64,000 bases of DNA from Escherichia phage vB_vPM_PD06: the sequence record NC_052653.1. One strand, written 5' to 3'. Numbering within the stretch: the stretch's first letter is position 1; every line of letters begins with the position of its first letter. Below the pieces are notes generated by a model. That model did not search any database, was not told the DNA's origin, and saw only the letters and a list, made by a program, of their open reading frames with translations. Positions 17,491-26,578 of this stretch are shown here, one piece after another. Made by a program: the position numbers and the translations under genes.

Positions 17491-20400
17491 ATGGGAGCTT
17501 TTACTTTCGACATTGAAAGTAACAACTTGCTTAATGACGAAAGTGTAGATTACTTGGCAAGTCCATATCGTTTAAAAGATAGTTTTGCAATGCACTGTAT
17601 TGTGTGCGAAAGTCATGATACTGGAGAGATTATTGCTTTCCATGATGGTGATAAATATCTTTTCGATGGTCGTCCGTATATTGAGACTGACGGAAAGTAT
17701 GAATACCGACTGGAGGAATATGAGCATTTAGAATATACCCATTTCCCTCTTAAAGATTTTCCTGATTTTGTAAATGGAACAGGTAAATTTAAAGGTAATT
17801 CAAACTATAAAATTACCAAAGTAGTTGGACACAACATCATTAACTTCGACTTACTGGCAATTAAATTATTTTTTAAACTCAACTACAGTATTAAGTACAA
17901 TACTTGGGGTAATAGTAACATTGAAATTTGTGATACTATGATCTTAAGTAAGACACTAAACCCTGATCGCTTCGGTGGTCATAGTCTGGCAGAGTTATCT
18001 AAGAAAGCTGGAGGGGATGTTAAAATTGATTTTAGAAAAAACATTCCTGAAACTGAAAGATTTAGAACATTTGCAGCAGATATGCTGTATTACTGTATTT
18101 ACGATAACAAAGCTAACACCGCAGTGTTCCGTTATTTGATGGAAGAGTGGGGTGATTATAACAAGTGGTCTGAACCATTTAACTTAGAACAACGTGTAGC
18201 TGATATTATTACACGTCAAGAGCACCGTGGCTTTGCTTTCAATATGAAACAAGCAGAAGATAATATTCGTGATCTGGATGCTCGAATGGAAGCATGTCGT
18301 TTAGAGGCAGAACCTGTGCTACCTCCTAAACCTGCTACTAAAGGTTATTTGAAATCATTCATTCCACCTAAACTACAGTTTAAAAAGAATGGTGAGCCTT
18401 CAAGTAACATGATAAAGTTTGCAGAGAAACATTCTGGTGAACTTGTACAAAAAGAAGATGGTTGGTGGTTATTTGCATTAGGTAAAGAGTTTAAACTACC
18501 TATTCCAGCAGAAGAACCTATTTGTGATCCTACAGTACCTGCTACTTTAGACGACACTACACATATTAAAAATTGGTTAGTTGGTTTAGGTTGGAGTCCA
18601 TCTGAATATAAAGATAAAGATATCACTCTTAAATCTGGCACTAAGATTAAGAAAGATGAAGCACAAATGGAGAAAGCTATTCGTGACTATGTTGATCAAA
18701 CATTAGCATCTAACTTCTGCCAGGATAGATGTGATCATCTGGAGTGCACACCAGAAACTTTGGAATGGAAACTAAGAGATCGTATTGCTAAAGCTAAAGG
18801 TCGTGGTGTTAAAGTGCTTACTAACCCTTCCTTTACAAAAGGGCAAGAGAAGGATATTTGTCCTAACTTGGAAGCACTGGGTGAAAAGTTCCCTTATGCT
18901 ACGCAGATTGTGCAGTATCTTACGTATAAACATCGTAGAAACTCTATTCTAGGTGGTGGTGCTGATTGGGAAGAGGATGAAGAGGATTACGATAAAGGTT
19001 ATCTGGCGGCAGTAAGAGCTGATGGTCGTATACCAACTCCTGCTGCAACGTGTGATGCAGCTACGTCTCGTATGAAACATAGGTTAGTAGCAAATATCCC
19101 ACGTGTAACATCTCTGTACGGATATGAAATGCGTAACTTATTTGGTGTAGAAGTTCCAAAATACTTCCAAATTGGTTATGACTTTGATTCTCTTGAGGCA
19201 AAAATAGAATCACACTACTGTGTACCTATGGATGCACAAGCACTAACCCGTAAAGGTTGGGTTGGTTATCACGATCTACAAGAAGGGGATGAAATCTTAG
19301 GATATAACCCAGAAACAGGACTTAAAGAATGGACTAAAGTAAAAGGTAAGGTCTTCTATAAAAATAGTAAGACGTTTGAGATTAAAGGAAAATCCCATAC
19401 TTATCGTGCAACAGCAGATCACCGTTGGTATGTTAATACTCGTAGTACAGGGAATACTTATGTGCCTAAAGTCAGAACAACTGCCGAGCTTTGCACAGGA
19501 GATAACATTATTTGTAATGCTCCATTTAACATGGAACAAGATCAAGTAAATAGTTTAACTTCTGTTCAACAAGGTAAATGGGATGTTCCGTGGGTAGAAC
19601 GTGTAGTTAATATGTCTCATGCCGAGCGTGTGGCTTTCTTGGAAGGTTTTTTGATTGCGGATGGTTACTGGCACAAACATAAACAAAAACCTGTTTGGCG
19701 CTGGGCGCAGAACCCAGGAGAACTTTTTGAAGCAGCCTTAACTGCCTCATACCTGGTTCATGGGGGTAATATTTCTGTAGCCTTCAATACGAAAGACCAG
19801 AAAGTAAAAGTGGCAACGTTGGCTAACCGCTCTCACATCCCTGTTCAAAGTCTGACTATTGAAGAATGGGGTGTAGAAGATGTTTGGTGTCCACAAACAG
19901 AACTCGGTACATGGGTTATGCGTCAGAAAGACTGCATCACGATTACAGGGAATTGTTGGCGGTACGAGCAGGAACCACACGAATATTGTAATGCTCTATT
20001 GTTGGAAAAACCTAATGATGTTCATACAATGATGGCTCGACGTATTTCTGACACTATTGGTCGTAAGTTTGAACGAAGCCCTGCTAAATCTGTTAAGTAT
20101 GGTATTACTTATGGTGCTCAAGCTGCAAAAGTAGCAAAAACTATAGGTAGTGATATGTATACAGGACAGCTTGTATACGATGCTTTCTGGGAAGCTGCAA
20201 AACCTCTTGCGCTTCTTAAAGAACGTCTGCATGACTTTTGGGTTAAAACAGGTAAGAAATACATTCTTGGTATTGATGGTAGGAAAGTACCTACACGATC
20301 TGCACACGCAATACTTAACTCTCTGTTCCAGAGTGGTGGTGTTATTTGTGCAAAAAGAGCAATGGTTATCTACGATGATCTTATCGAAGAAGAAGGATTA

Positions 20401-20805
20401 GCTGTTGACTTTTTTGTTGATGACTGGAAAAATAAGTCATTCGTTCAACAAATGATTGCATATCACGATGAAGCACAGCTTGAAGTAACTCGTGATCTGG
20501 TGCATTTTAAATGGTTCTCTAAAGAATCTTTAGGTTGGACTCAAGTTGATGATCCAGAAGAACAAAAGAAAATTGATAAAGAATGTTTGGATAAAGTTAA
20601 TGCCTGGAAAGAAGAGGAAGAGAAACGTACTGGCAAGATTTGGGCTAACGTACATGAATCTCCGAAAGGTGGTTGGTTTACAGCCTACAGTCGTGCTGGA
20701 GAATTAGCATCTATCGCTGTTAATAAAGCTGGTGAGTATTACAATCTTAATGTACCTCTAACTGCTGGTTACGATGTTGGTAGTTCATGGTCAACTTGTC
20801 ACTGA
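17491..20805 (+). CDS. family A DNA polymerase with 3'-5' exonuclease domain, interrupted by an intein
   Basis: FDIESN (Exo I DxE); polymerase motif A DFDSLEAKIESHY; motif B RRISDTIGRKF...KYGITYGA; motif C AYHDEAQLE. A 245-aa Hint/LAGLIDADG insertion lies between motifs A and B. Confidence 0.85.
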   Translation: MGAFTFDIESNNLLNDESVDYLASPYRLKDSFAMHCIVCESHDTGEIIAFHDGDKYLFDGRPYIETDGKYEYRLEEYEHLEYTHFPLKDFPDFVNGTGKFKGNSNYKITKVVGHNIINFDLLAIKLFFKLNYSIKYNTWGNSNIEICDTMILSKTLNPDRFGGHSLAELSKKAGGDVKIDFRKNIPETERFRTFAADMLYYCIYDNKANTAVFRYLMEEWGDYNKWSEPFNLEQRVADIITRQEHRGFAFNMKQAEDNIRDLDARMEACRLEAEPVLPPKPATKGYLKSFIPPKLQFKKNGEPSSNMIKFAEKHSGELVQKEDGWWLFALGKEFKLPIPAEEPICDPTVPATLDDTTHIKNWLVGLGWSPSEYKDKDITLKSGTKIKKDEAQMEKAIRDYVDQTLASNFCQDRCDHLECTPETLEWKLRDRIAKAKGRGVKVLTNPSFTKGQEKDICPNLEALGEKFPYATQIVQYLTYKHRRNSILGGGADWEEDEEDYDKGYLAAVRADGRIPTPAATCDAATSRMKHRLVANIPRVTSLYGYEMRNLFGVEVPKYFQIGYDFDSLEAKIESHYCVPMDAQALTRKGWVGYHDLQEGDEILGYNPETGLKEWTKVKGKVFYKNSKTFEIKGKSHTYRATADHRWYVNTRSTGNTYVPKVRTTAELCTGDNIICNAPFNMEQDQVNSLTSVQQGKWDVPWVERVVNMSHAERVAFLEGFLIADGYWHKHKQKPVWRWAQNPGELFEAALTASYLVHGGNISVAFNTKDQKVKVATLANRSHIPVQSLTIEEWGVEDVWCPQTELGTWVMRQKDCITITGNCWRYEQEPHEYCNALLLEKPNDVHTMMARRISDTIGRKFERSPAKSVKYGITYGAQAAKVAKTIGSDMYTGQLVYDAFWEAAKPLALLKERLHDFWVKTGKKYILGIDGRKVPTRSAHAILNSLFQSGGVICAKRAMVIYDDLIEEEGLAVDFFVDDWKNKSFVQQMIAYHDEAQLEVTRDLVHFKWFSKESLGWTQVDDPEEQKKIDKECLDKVNAWKEEEEKRTGKIWANVHESPKGGWFTAYSRAGELASIAVNKAGEYYNLNVPLTAGYDVGSSWSTCH
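19219..19953 (+). mobile_element. intein with LAGLIDADG homing-endonuclease domain, inside the DNA polymerase
   Basis: Starts at Cys (CVPMDAQALTRKGWVGYHDLQEGDEIL, Hint block A), block B TADHRWYV, LAGLIDADG-like ERVAFLEGFLIADGYW, ends ...ITGN followed by Cys. 735 nt = 245 codons. Removal joins motif A directly to CWRYEQ. Confidence 0.7.
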
Positions 20806-20832
20806 CATCTCTTTGATTTTAAAGGAGTTTTT

Positions 20833-21429
20833 ATGCTTACCGTGTATGGTGAAGGTATTAATGATTTGGAAGGCGAGAGTACACTACCTGGTAGTAAGAA
20901 ACTAACGCCGCATTATATGAAATGGATGGCTATGTTGGGGAGGTGTTACTCCCCTTGTCAACAAGAACGTGATCCTTGTTATAAGGGGGTGACGGTTTGT
21001 GAAGAATGGAAGTTGTTCTCCAATTTCTATTCCTGGTTGCAAACTTGGGATAACTGGGAAAACTTAGAACTTGATAAAGATATTATAGGAGGGAGAGTTT
21101 ACTCTCCCGATACCTGTCTTTTAGTAACAGGAGATCTTAATAAGTTCTTAGCTTATAGAGTAAGTAAAAGATCTCATGGGACTATGGTAGGCTGTAGTTA
21201 CGAGAAAGATCGTAAAAAGTATAAAGCCAACATAAAAGTAGGCAGTCGCATGAAAACGCTGGGACGTTTTAATACTGAAATTGAAGCGCATCTTTGCTGG
21301 TTGAAAGCTAAGGCAGAGCAGCTTACAAAATTCTTTGAAACTGAAGATGAAAGAGTTGTTCCACATCTTAAAGCACTATGTAATGAAATGCTTGAGCATG
21401 TAGAACAACATAAAGAGTGGACACGATAG
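20833..21429 (+). CDS. hypothetical protein, possible DNA-binding/HNH-associated domain
   Basis: W..M..RC...Y..V.VCEEW..F..F pattern is reminiscent of DNA-binding modules of phage homing endonucleases; no clear HNH catalytic motif seen. Confidence 0.35.
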   Translation: MLTVYGEGINDLEGESTLPGSKKLTPHYMKWMAMLGRCYSPCQQERDPCYKGVTVCEEWKLFSNFYSWLQTWDNWENLELDKDIIGGRVYSPDTCLLVTGDLNKFLAYRVSKRSHGTMVGCSYEKDRKKYKANIKVGSRMKTLGRFNTEIEAHLCWLKAKAEQLTKFFETEDERVVPHLKALCNEMLEHVEQHKEWTR

Positions 21430-21437
21430 GAGAAAAT

Positions 21438-22031
21438 ATGAATATTGAAGATCAAAAAGTACGAGCTTTAGAAGTATTACGTATGTGCCAACTGGTAGAT
21501 CCGTTTGCAATTGTAGCTGGCGGCGCTGTACGCGACTGGCGATTAGAAACACCTGCGCAAGATATTGACATTTACTTGCGTATGCCTAACCACAATACAA
21601 CCGTACTGGTAGAGAAATTTTTGATGTTGGGTGTTGGTGCACGTAATGTTAAACAACTTACTAAGCAAACAGAACACACTTATGCCGAACTACCACATTT
21701 GAAATGGGTATTTGAAGCATACTATAAAGATCTTAAGTTTAACTTTATGATCATGGAAGAAGGTGTACGCAGTGAAATCGTATGGAACTTTGACGTAGCT
21801 ATTTGCCTGTGTTACTGGGATGGTCTAAATTATGTATATCATCCAGATTTTGAATTTGCATTGAAAACTAATATTTGCACTATTAATCACCGATACACAG
21901 GTAAAGAAGCACACGTCCGTAAAATGGCAGAACGTTTCCCTATGTTCCGCTTTGTAAAAGACGTTTTCATTCCCAAAGAACCAGAAGTACGTACACTGGA
22001 TTCGTTTAACAACGAAGAATTTAAGATTTAA
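21438..22031 (+). CDS. hypothetical protein
   Basis: Start set at ATG 21438 (AGGAGAAAAT RBS). Confidence 0.45.
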   Translation: MNIEDQKVRALEVLRMCQLVDPFAIVAGGAVRDWRLETPAQDIDIYLRMPNHNTTVLVEKFLMLGVGARNVKQLTKQTEHTYAELPHLKWVFEAYYKDLKFNFMIMEEGVRSEIVWNFDVAICLCYWDGLNYVYHPDFEFALKTNICTINHRYTGKEAHVRKMAERFPMFRFVKDVFIPKEPEVRTLDSFNNEEFKI

Positions 22032-22033
22032 GT

Positions 22034-22063
22034 GTTGACAAACCTTACAATTATGTGTTATTA
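22034..22063 (+). promoter_or_regulatory. strong sigma70-like promoter (TTGACA, 18 nt, TATTAT)
   Basis: -35 TTGACA at 22034-22039 and -10 TATTAT at 22058-22063, 12 nt upstream of ATG 22075. Confidence 0.5.
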
Positions 22064-22074
22064 TGAGGACTTGA

Positions 22075-22473
22075 ATGACAGACAATCGTTCTAAAATCTT
22101 AGTCGAGACGTTCTACAGTAGAGAAACTAATCGTCTTGAACTAACTAAAAAAGATGTTGAACCTCAAGATAATACCTTTTTTATTCAAATACTATGTCTC
22201 TTTGGTGGATACAACCGTTTAACAGTGCGGGTAGAAGACAAAGAGATATCTGAAACCACTATCACAAAACGTGAACTAATGCTACTACAGGACACAATAC
22301 GAGATGTTTTGGACAATCCTGGAAAAGCAAAAGTAATTAACCTTGGTGGAGAAAAGATACAAATTCTCCATTTTGAAAGTGGTGAAATAGGATTTGGTAT
22401 TGGTCTTGGTAAATACCTGTTGGAAGAAACTGACGCTACTCTTTTACGAGAGTTTTGTGTTAAAGTAATGTAA
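22075..22473 (+). CDS. hypothetical protein
   Basis: ORF track; GAGGA RBS. Confidence 0.45.
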   Translation: MTDNRSKILVETFYSRETNRLELTKKDVEPQDNTFFIQILCLFGGYNRLTVRVEDKEISETTITKRELMLLQDTIRDVLDNPGKAKVINLGGEKIQILHFESGEIGFGIGLGKYLLEETDATLLREFCVKVM

Positions 22474-22489
22474 TTATAGAGGAGAATTT

Positions 22490-23437
22490 ATGCCAGTAAT
22501 TAATTCTGAAATCGACCGTCGTACTAAAAAAGAAGCATTCTGGGCTGAAGGTATTGTCGAATATGTCAAACTAGATAAGTTTGATGAAATGAAAGTCTCT
22601 TATATTAAGGTTGCAGGTCAACCAGATAAGAAAATTGAATCAACTCACAAAGCATCTCTGCTTATTAAAGAGAAAGGTGCTGGTGCTGATGATAAAGGTG
22701 TTTGGGTTAGCCTAGGTGAAGTTAAACTGCACCCAGAACATGAAAACCTGCAAGTTAAAGATGGTGATAAGTGGGTTACTATCGAAAAAGGTGTAGAATT
22801 AACTATGGATGTTAAACCTTCCGAATGGAATGGCAAAACATACTACAATTCCTCTAAAGGTAAAATCACTATTCTTTCAACAGAAGGTGTTCAGCAAGCA
22901 CAATCCTCTTCAAAAGGTGGAAATAAGCCATCTAATAATGACGGTAGCAAGCCTAACTACAAAAAACGTGATACCGTAGGGATTGAAACAGGACACGCTG
23001 TAAACGGCGCTCTGGAGCTTCTACGTGCTGGTGTGAAAGGTGATGCTTTCGACTTGGCTGGTGTGGTACAATCTGCAACTGTTACTCTGAAAGCTGAAAT
23101 TGCTAAAGATCGTGGCGTTGATGTGACTGATTATGATCTTGGTGCTTCAGTTGGACACGCAATTCTTAACGCTTGTCGTGATCATACAGGTAAAACTGTA
23201 ACGGCAGAAGAGATTATTGAAGCTGCTCGTGAAGTTCTTGCTTTGTCTGATAAAGTAGCTGCTGCTATCCGTGGAATGTCTACTCCAGTACAAGAAGTTA
23301 AGAAAGAAACTAAAAAAGTAGAGAAGAAAGAGCCAGCACCGAAAGAACCAGAACCTGTTGTTCAAGATTTCGATGATGATATCCCATTTGCTCCTATTGG
23401 TTTGCAATATGGTCGAAACTTCCTGCACTGTTTCTAA
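22490..23437 (+). CDS. single-stranded DNA-binding protein-like
   Basis: Gly/Ser/Asn-rich flexible linker followed by DFDDDIPF, identical to the acidic C-terminal tip of E. coli SSB; here 15 more residues follow the tip. RBS GAGGAG. Confidence 0.5.
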   Translation: MPVINSEIDRRTKKEAFWAEGIVEYVKLDKFDEMKVSYIKVAGQPDKKIESTHKASLLIKEKGAGADDKGVWVSLGEVKLHPEHENLQVKDGDKWVTIEKGVELTMDVKPSEWNGKTYYNSSKGKITILSTEGVQQAQSSSKGGNKPSNNDGSKPNYKKRDTVGIETGHAVNGALELLRAGVKGDAFDLAGVVQSATVTLKAEIAKDRGVDVTDYDLGASVGHAILNACRDHTGKTVTAEEIIEAAREVLALSDKVAAAIRGMSTPVQEVKKETKKVEKKEPAPKEPEPVVQDFDDDIPFAPIGLQYGRNFLHCF

Positions 23438-23461
23438 TAGTTAAATATTGTGTGAATATAA

Positions 23462-23485
23462 GGAGCCTAACGGCTCCTTTTCTTT
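23462..23485 (+). terminator. rho-independent terminator
   Basis: GGAGCC-TAAC-GGCTCC followed by TTTTCTTT. Confidence 0.55.
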
Positions 23486-23497
23486 GAAGGAGATATA

Positions 23498-24229
23498 ATG
23501 AGCGAATTTGTAAACAACACTGCATTAAACTACCTGCAAACCCTCGAAAGCAATAGTGTAGATTTGATTCTTACTGACCCACCATATGCTATTTCTCGTG
23601 ACACAAATTTTCAATCTGGAGAGCCTACTGGAAAAGATACGGATAGATTCCGTGTATCTTACAACTTTGGTGACTGGGACGTTGTAGATATTCCTTACTT
23701 TAAAGAAGTATTCAAAGAAGCCTATAGGGTGCTTAGAAAAGGTGGTACTTGCATAGTTTGGTATGATATCTGGAAGATCCAGGAGCTACGTGAAATCCTT
23801 GAACCGCTTGGTTTTCGTATGTTCCGTACTATTGAATGGATTAAAACAAACCCTGTACCCATCAACAGTGGTGTTAACTACCTTAGTAACGCTAAAGAGA
23901 TGGCTATTGTTTGTGTTAAAGGTTCGAAGCCAACCTTCAATGCTTCCTACCATAAGGGTGTGTTTGAGTATCCTATCTATCAAGGAGCAGATCGTTTTCA
24001 TCCGACACAAAAACACTTGACTTTGTTTTGTGACCTTATTAATATACATACCAACGAAGGAGATGTAGTCTTAGACTTCTTCTCTGGAAGTGCAACAACA
24101 CAAGTTGCGGCACTTTTAACAGGTAGAGAATACTTAGGCTGTGAAGCCGATGTAAATATTTTTAAGCAAGCGGAGGAACGACTAAATGAGTACACTGAAC
24201 AGCAAAATCACCCTGAAAGCACTGATTAA
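23498..24229 (+). CDS. DNA methyltransferase (N6-adenine or N4-cytosine, beta class)
   Basis: DPPY catalytic motif (LILTDPPYAI) near the N-terminus and FxGxG-like AdoMet motif (DFFSGSATT) near the C-terminus; this motif order is typical of beta-class amino-methyltransferases. Confidence 0.7.
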   Translation: MSEFVNNTALNYLQTLESNSVDLILTDPPYAISRDTNFQSGEPTGKDTDRFRVSYNFGDWDVVDIPYFKEVFKEAYRVLRKGGTCIVWYDIWKIQELREILEPLGFRMFRTIEWIKTNPVPINSGVNYLSNAKEMAIVCVKGSKPTFNASYHKGVFEYPIYQGADRFHPTQKHLTLFCDLINIHTNEGDVVLDFFSGSATTQVAALLTGREYLGCEADVNIFKQAEERLNEYTEQQNHPESTD

Positions 24230-24617
24230 CAACGGTATGAATTTGGACTCTGGTCTGTCTCCAAAGATTTCTATGGCACGACTGGAACAAGTTACTGGTC
24301 TTCGTCAAGTAAGTAATGGCGGTAAGATTATTCGTGATGACGCTGTACCTTTTAATAAATTTCAGATTGAACGTCACTACGATCCTGTAACTGCAAGTCT
24401 TACTGGTGTAACTTTCTCAGGTTATCGTACTGCTGGATACCAACGTAAGGTTGTAGCTGAACGTATTAAGAGTCGCAAACAGAAAATTGCAACATTGAAG
24501 AAACTGGTAGAGAAAGATGTTTCAGAACTTCTTAACTTGTATGAAACTCTTGAAACAAAAGGTGAAAATCATAAACTCTTCTCTAAAGAAGATGTGAGCG
24601 TAATTTTCACTGATTAA
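24186..24617 (+). CDS. hypothetical protein
   Basis: ORF track; GGAGGA RBS; overlaps the methyltransferase 3' end by 44 nt. Confidence 0.4.
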   Translation: MSTLNSKITLKALINNGMNLDSGLSPKISMARLEQVTGLRQVSNGGKIIRDDAVPFNKFQIERHYDPVTASLTGVTFSGYRTAGYQRKVVAERIKSRKQKIATLKKLVEKDVSELLNLYETLETKGENHKLFSKEDVSVIFTD

Positions 24618-24629
24618 GATAAAAGAAAA

Positions 24630-24654
24630 GGAGCCAATAGGCTCCTTTTTGTTT
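24630..24654. terminator. bidirectional terminator between convergent early and late arms
   Basis: GGAGCC-AATA-GGCTCC hairpin flanked by an A-run upstream and a T-run downstream; separates the last plus-strand gene (ends 24617) from the first minus-strand gene (ends 24653). Confidence 0.55.
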
Positions 24655-26539
24655 ATGTAACATTGACTGTAAATCTGACAAGAGGTGATAACACGTCATT
24701 ATCAGCATCATAATGTGCAACATCAAACACTGCTGTACCTGCTGCAAACCCGTATTGTTCAACCTGATCTGCATAAGTAAATGTGTAAGTGTTAGTATCA
24801 AGAGTTTGTTCTGTAAGAATTGCTGCTGTGAGGACGTTTACATTTCGGAAGTAATGTTTGGTATATCCTGCTGGTTCCCAAGAAATAATTGCATCTTGGT
24901 TAGCTTGTCTTACAGCGGCTCCTCCTGTTGGAACAGCCATATCAACCCAAACAGGTGACGTTGATGTTAGGTCTGTACCGTCTGCTGCTGATTTAGCAAG
25001 TTTTGTAGCTGCTGTCTGGTATATAGAAGAAATATAATGGATACGACCATCAATACCTTCTTCATAAACATAACCACTGTAGCGTTCAGCACCATCCACC
25101 CAAGAACCAATGATAACATCGTCACGTGCTGTAGAGATGGTTCTTTGTACATTTCTGTATTTCTGCCAATCCACACCATTAACTTCTACACCATATAGAT
25201 AAGAACGTCCTAGGATCTGCCAAACAATTTTTGCTTGAGAAGCAGGAACTATTGTACGCATCTTATCAAAGATAGCTATCGTAGCATCATGGTAACGTGT
25301 AGTGTTACTGTATCTACCTGCAACAGTCGAAGATGCTGATACAGCATCATTTTCACCTTGTCCCCAAATAATTGCTTTAACCTTACTTGCATAAGGTGTG
25401 ACTTTAGTGATAAAGTTAGTTAAGCATGGCCCGTCTGCTGTGTTATCCAGATCATACCAGTAGTTGTCTGGTGTACCTGTTCCGGCTTTATCATCTGCAT
25501 ATTTATCTGCTGCTGACGATCCAGAAGCTGCATTTAACGGAAGAACTTCAGCATTTGCTAAACCACGTTGCGTAGCATATGCATTACGGGTTGTTGTGCT
25601 ACTCATTGCTGCTTTATTTGCACCAGATAATTCTGTAAAGTGTGCATTTACGTTATCTTGTCCAGCAAAGACAATAACTTCTTTAATGAATGAATCATCT
25701 GTAGCTATTGAGTTATTAAAGATAACGGCTGCTGCTTTGGTGCTCTTAACGCTAATTTTAAGGTATGTTGGAGCAAACCCATAAAGAGGAATAGAGTCAG
25801 AGATATCAAAGTAGGCGTAAGTATTCGTGGTTGTTGTAGTCCACTGGACACTGTTATTACTTAAATCTAATACTTCTACAGTATAAGTATCACCATCTAG
25901 CGGATCAGCTACATCCCAAGCAACACGAATGTCTCCATAGCTGTTTGCCACGGCTGTTACATTAGAAATAACAGGAACAGCATTAACACCTAAATAAGAA
26001 CTATCAGAGGCCACCACTGTTCCTTGATAAGTTGCAGTGCAACCTATACGGCAACTGCCATCTTTAAGAGCAGTTATTAATCCTGTAGGACTTACAGTAG
26101 CTACTTCTGGATCTGTTGTGGTGTACGTAATTACCATATCTGGAAGGTCTTTAGCACCTTCTGGACTGATTGTAGCAACCAATTGTTGAGTAGTTCCTGC
26201 ATCCATAGCAGACAGACTTTCAGTGTACACACTTAATTCTGAAGCATAGCCACCAGATTGATCAGTTAAGACAGCACCTAAATTATTTTTAGCTGTCATT
26301 ATTGCATCAAAACCGCCTTCAGCAACAAACTCCATCATACCGTTATTATCTATAACCATTTTGGTATTATCTGAAGATGAAAAAGCTATATCAAATAACG
26401 CACCATCTTCTGGTGAAACTGTGTATGTCAGTTGCTTTTTACTACCAACTATTGCAATACCAATAGAGGAAGTGGTTATAGATGTAGCTGTTACTACTGA
26501 AGCTGATGTTGTTGACATAAATAAAGGAATAGGATACAT
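24653..26539 (-). CDS. tail fibre/spike protein with Ig-like (Big_2-like) repeats and an SGNH/SASA-like esterase domain
   Basis: N-terminal Ig-like repeats (LTYTVSPEDG..., VATISPEGA...VITYTTTDPEVATVSPTGLITALKDG); central blocks FAGQDNVNAH, IIWGQGENDA and DGRIHY resemble sialate-O-acetylesterase/SGNH blocks, but Asp replaces the expected Ser in the first block. Confidence 0.5.
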   Translation of the reverse strand: MYPIPLFMSTTSASVVTATSITTSSIGIAIVGSKKQLTYTVSPEDGALFDIAFSSSDNTKMVIDNNGMMEFVAEGGFDAIMTAKNNLGAVLTDQSGGYASELSVYTESLSAMDAGTTQQLVATISPEGAKDLPDMVITYTTTDPEVATVSPTGLITALKDGSCRIGCTATYQGTVVASDSSYLGVNAVPVISNVTAVANSYGDIRVAWDVADPLDGDTYTVEVLDLSNNSVQWTTTTTNTYAYFDISDSIPLYGFAPTYLKISVKSTKAAAVIFNNSIATDDSFIKEVIVFAGQDNVNAHFTELSGANKAAMSSTTTRNAYATQRGLANAEVLPLNAASGSSAADKYADDKAGTGTPDNYWYDLDNTADGPCLTNFITKVTPYASKVKAIIWGQGENDAVSASSTVAGRYSNTTRYHDATIAIFDKMRTIVPASQAKIVWQILGRSYLYGVEVNGVDWQKYRNVQRTISTARDDVIIGSWVDGAERYSGYVYEEGIDGRIHYISSIYQTAATKLAKSAADGTDLTSTSPVWVDMAVPTGGAAVRQANQDAIISWEPAGYTKHYFRNVNVLTAAILTEQTLDTNTYTFTYADQVEQYGFAAGTAVFDVAHYDADNDVLSPLVRFTVNVT

Positions 26540-26559
26540 TTAATCTCCTTAAATAATAA

Positions 26560-26576
26560 GCCCCCGAAGGGGCTTT
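26560..26576 (-). terminator. hairpin with T-run on minus strand
   Basis: GCCCC-CGAA-GGGGC inverted repeat; on the minus strand it is followed by TTATTATTT, downstream of the collagen-like fibre gene. Confidence 0.4.
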
Positions 26577-26578
26577 GA

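Noticed and set aside
19219-19953. Polymerase insertion considered as a free-standing homing endonuclease gene
   Set aside because: The insertion is in frame with both flanks, has no RBS or start codon of its own, and is bounded by Cys and Asn-Cys as expected for an intein.
25464-25784. Plus-strand ORFs inside minus-strand tail fibre genes (e.g. 25464..25784, 26735..27031, 27110..27388)
   Set aside because: Antisense to long, motif-bearing structural genes; unusual amino-acid composition; no start signals.
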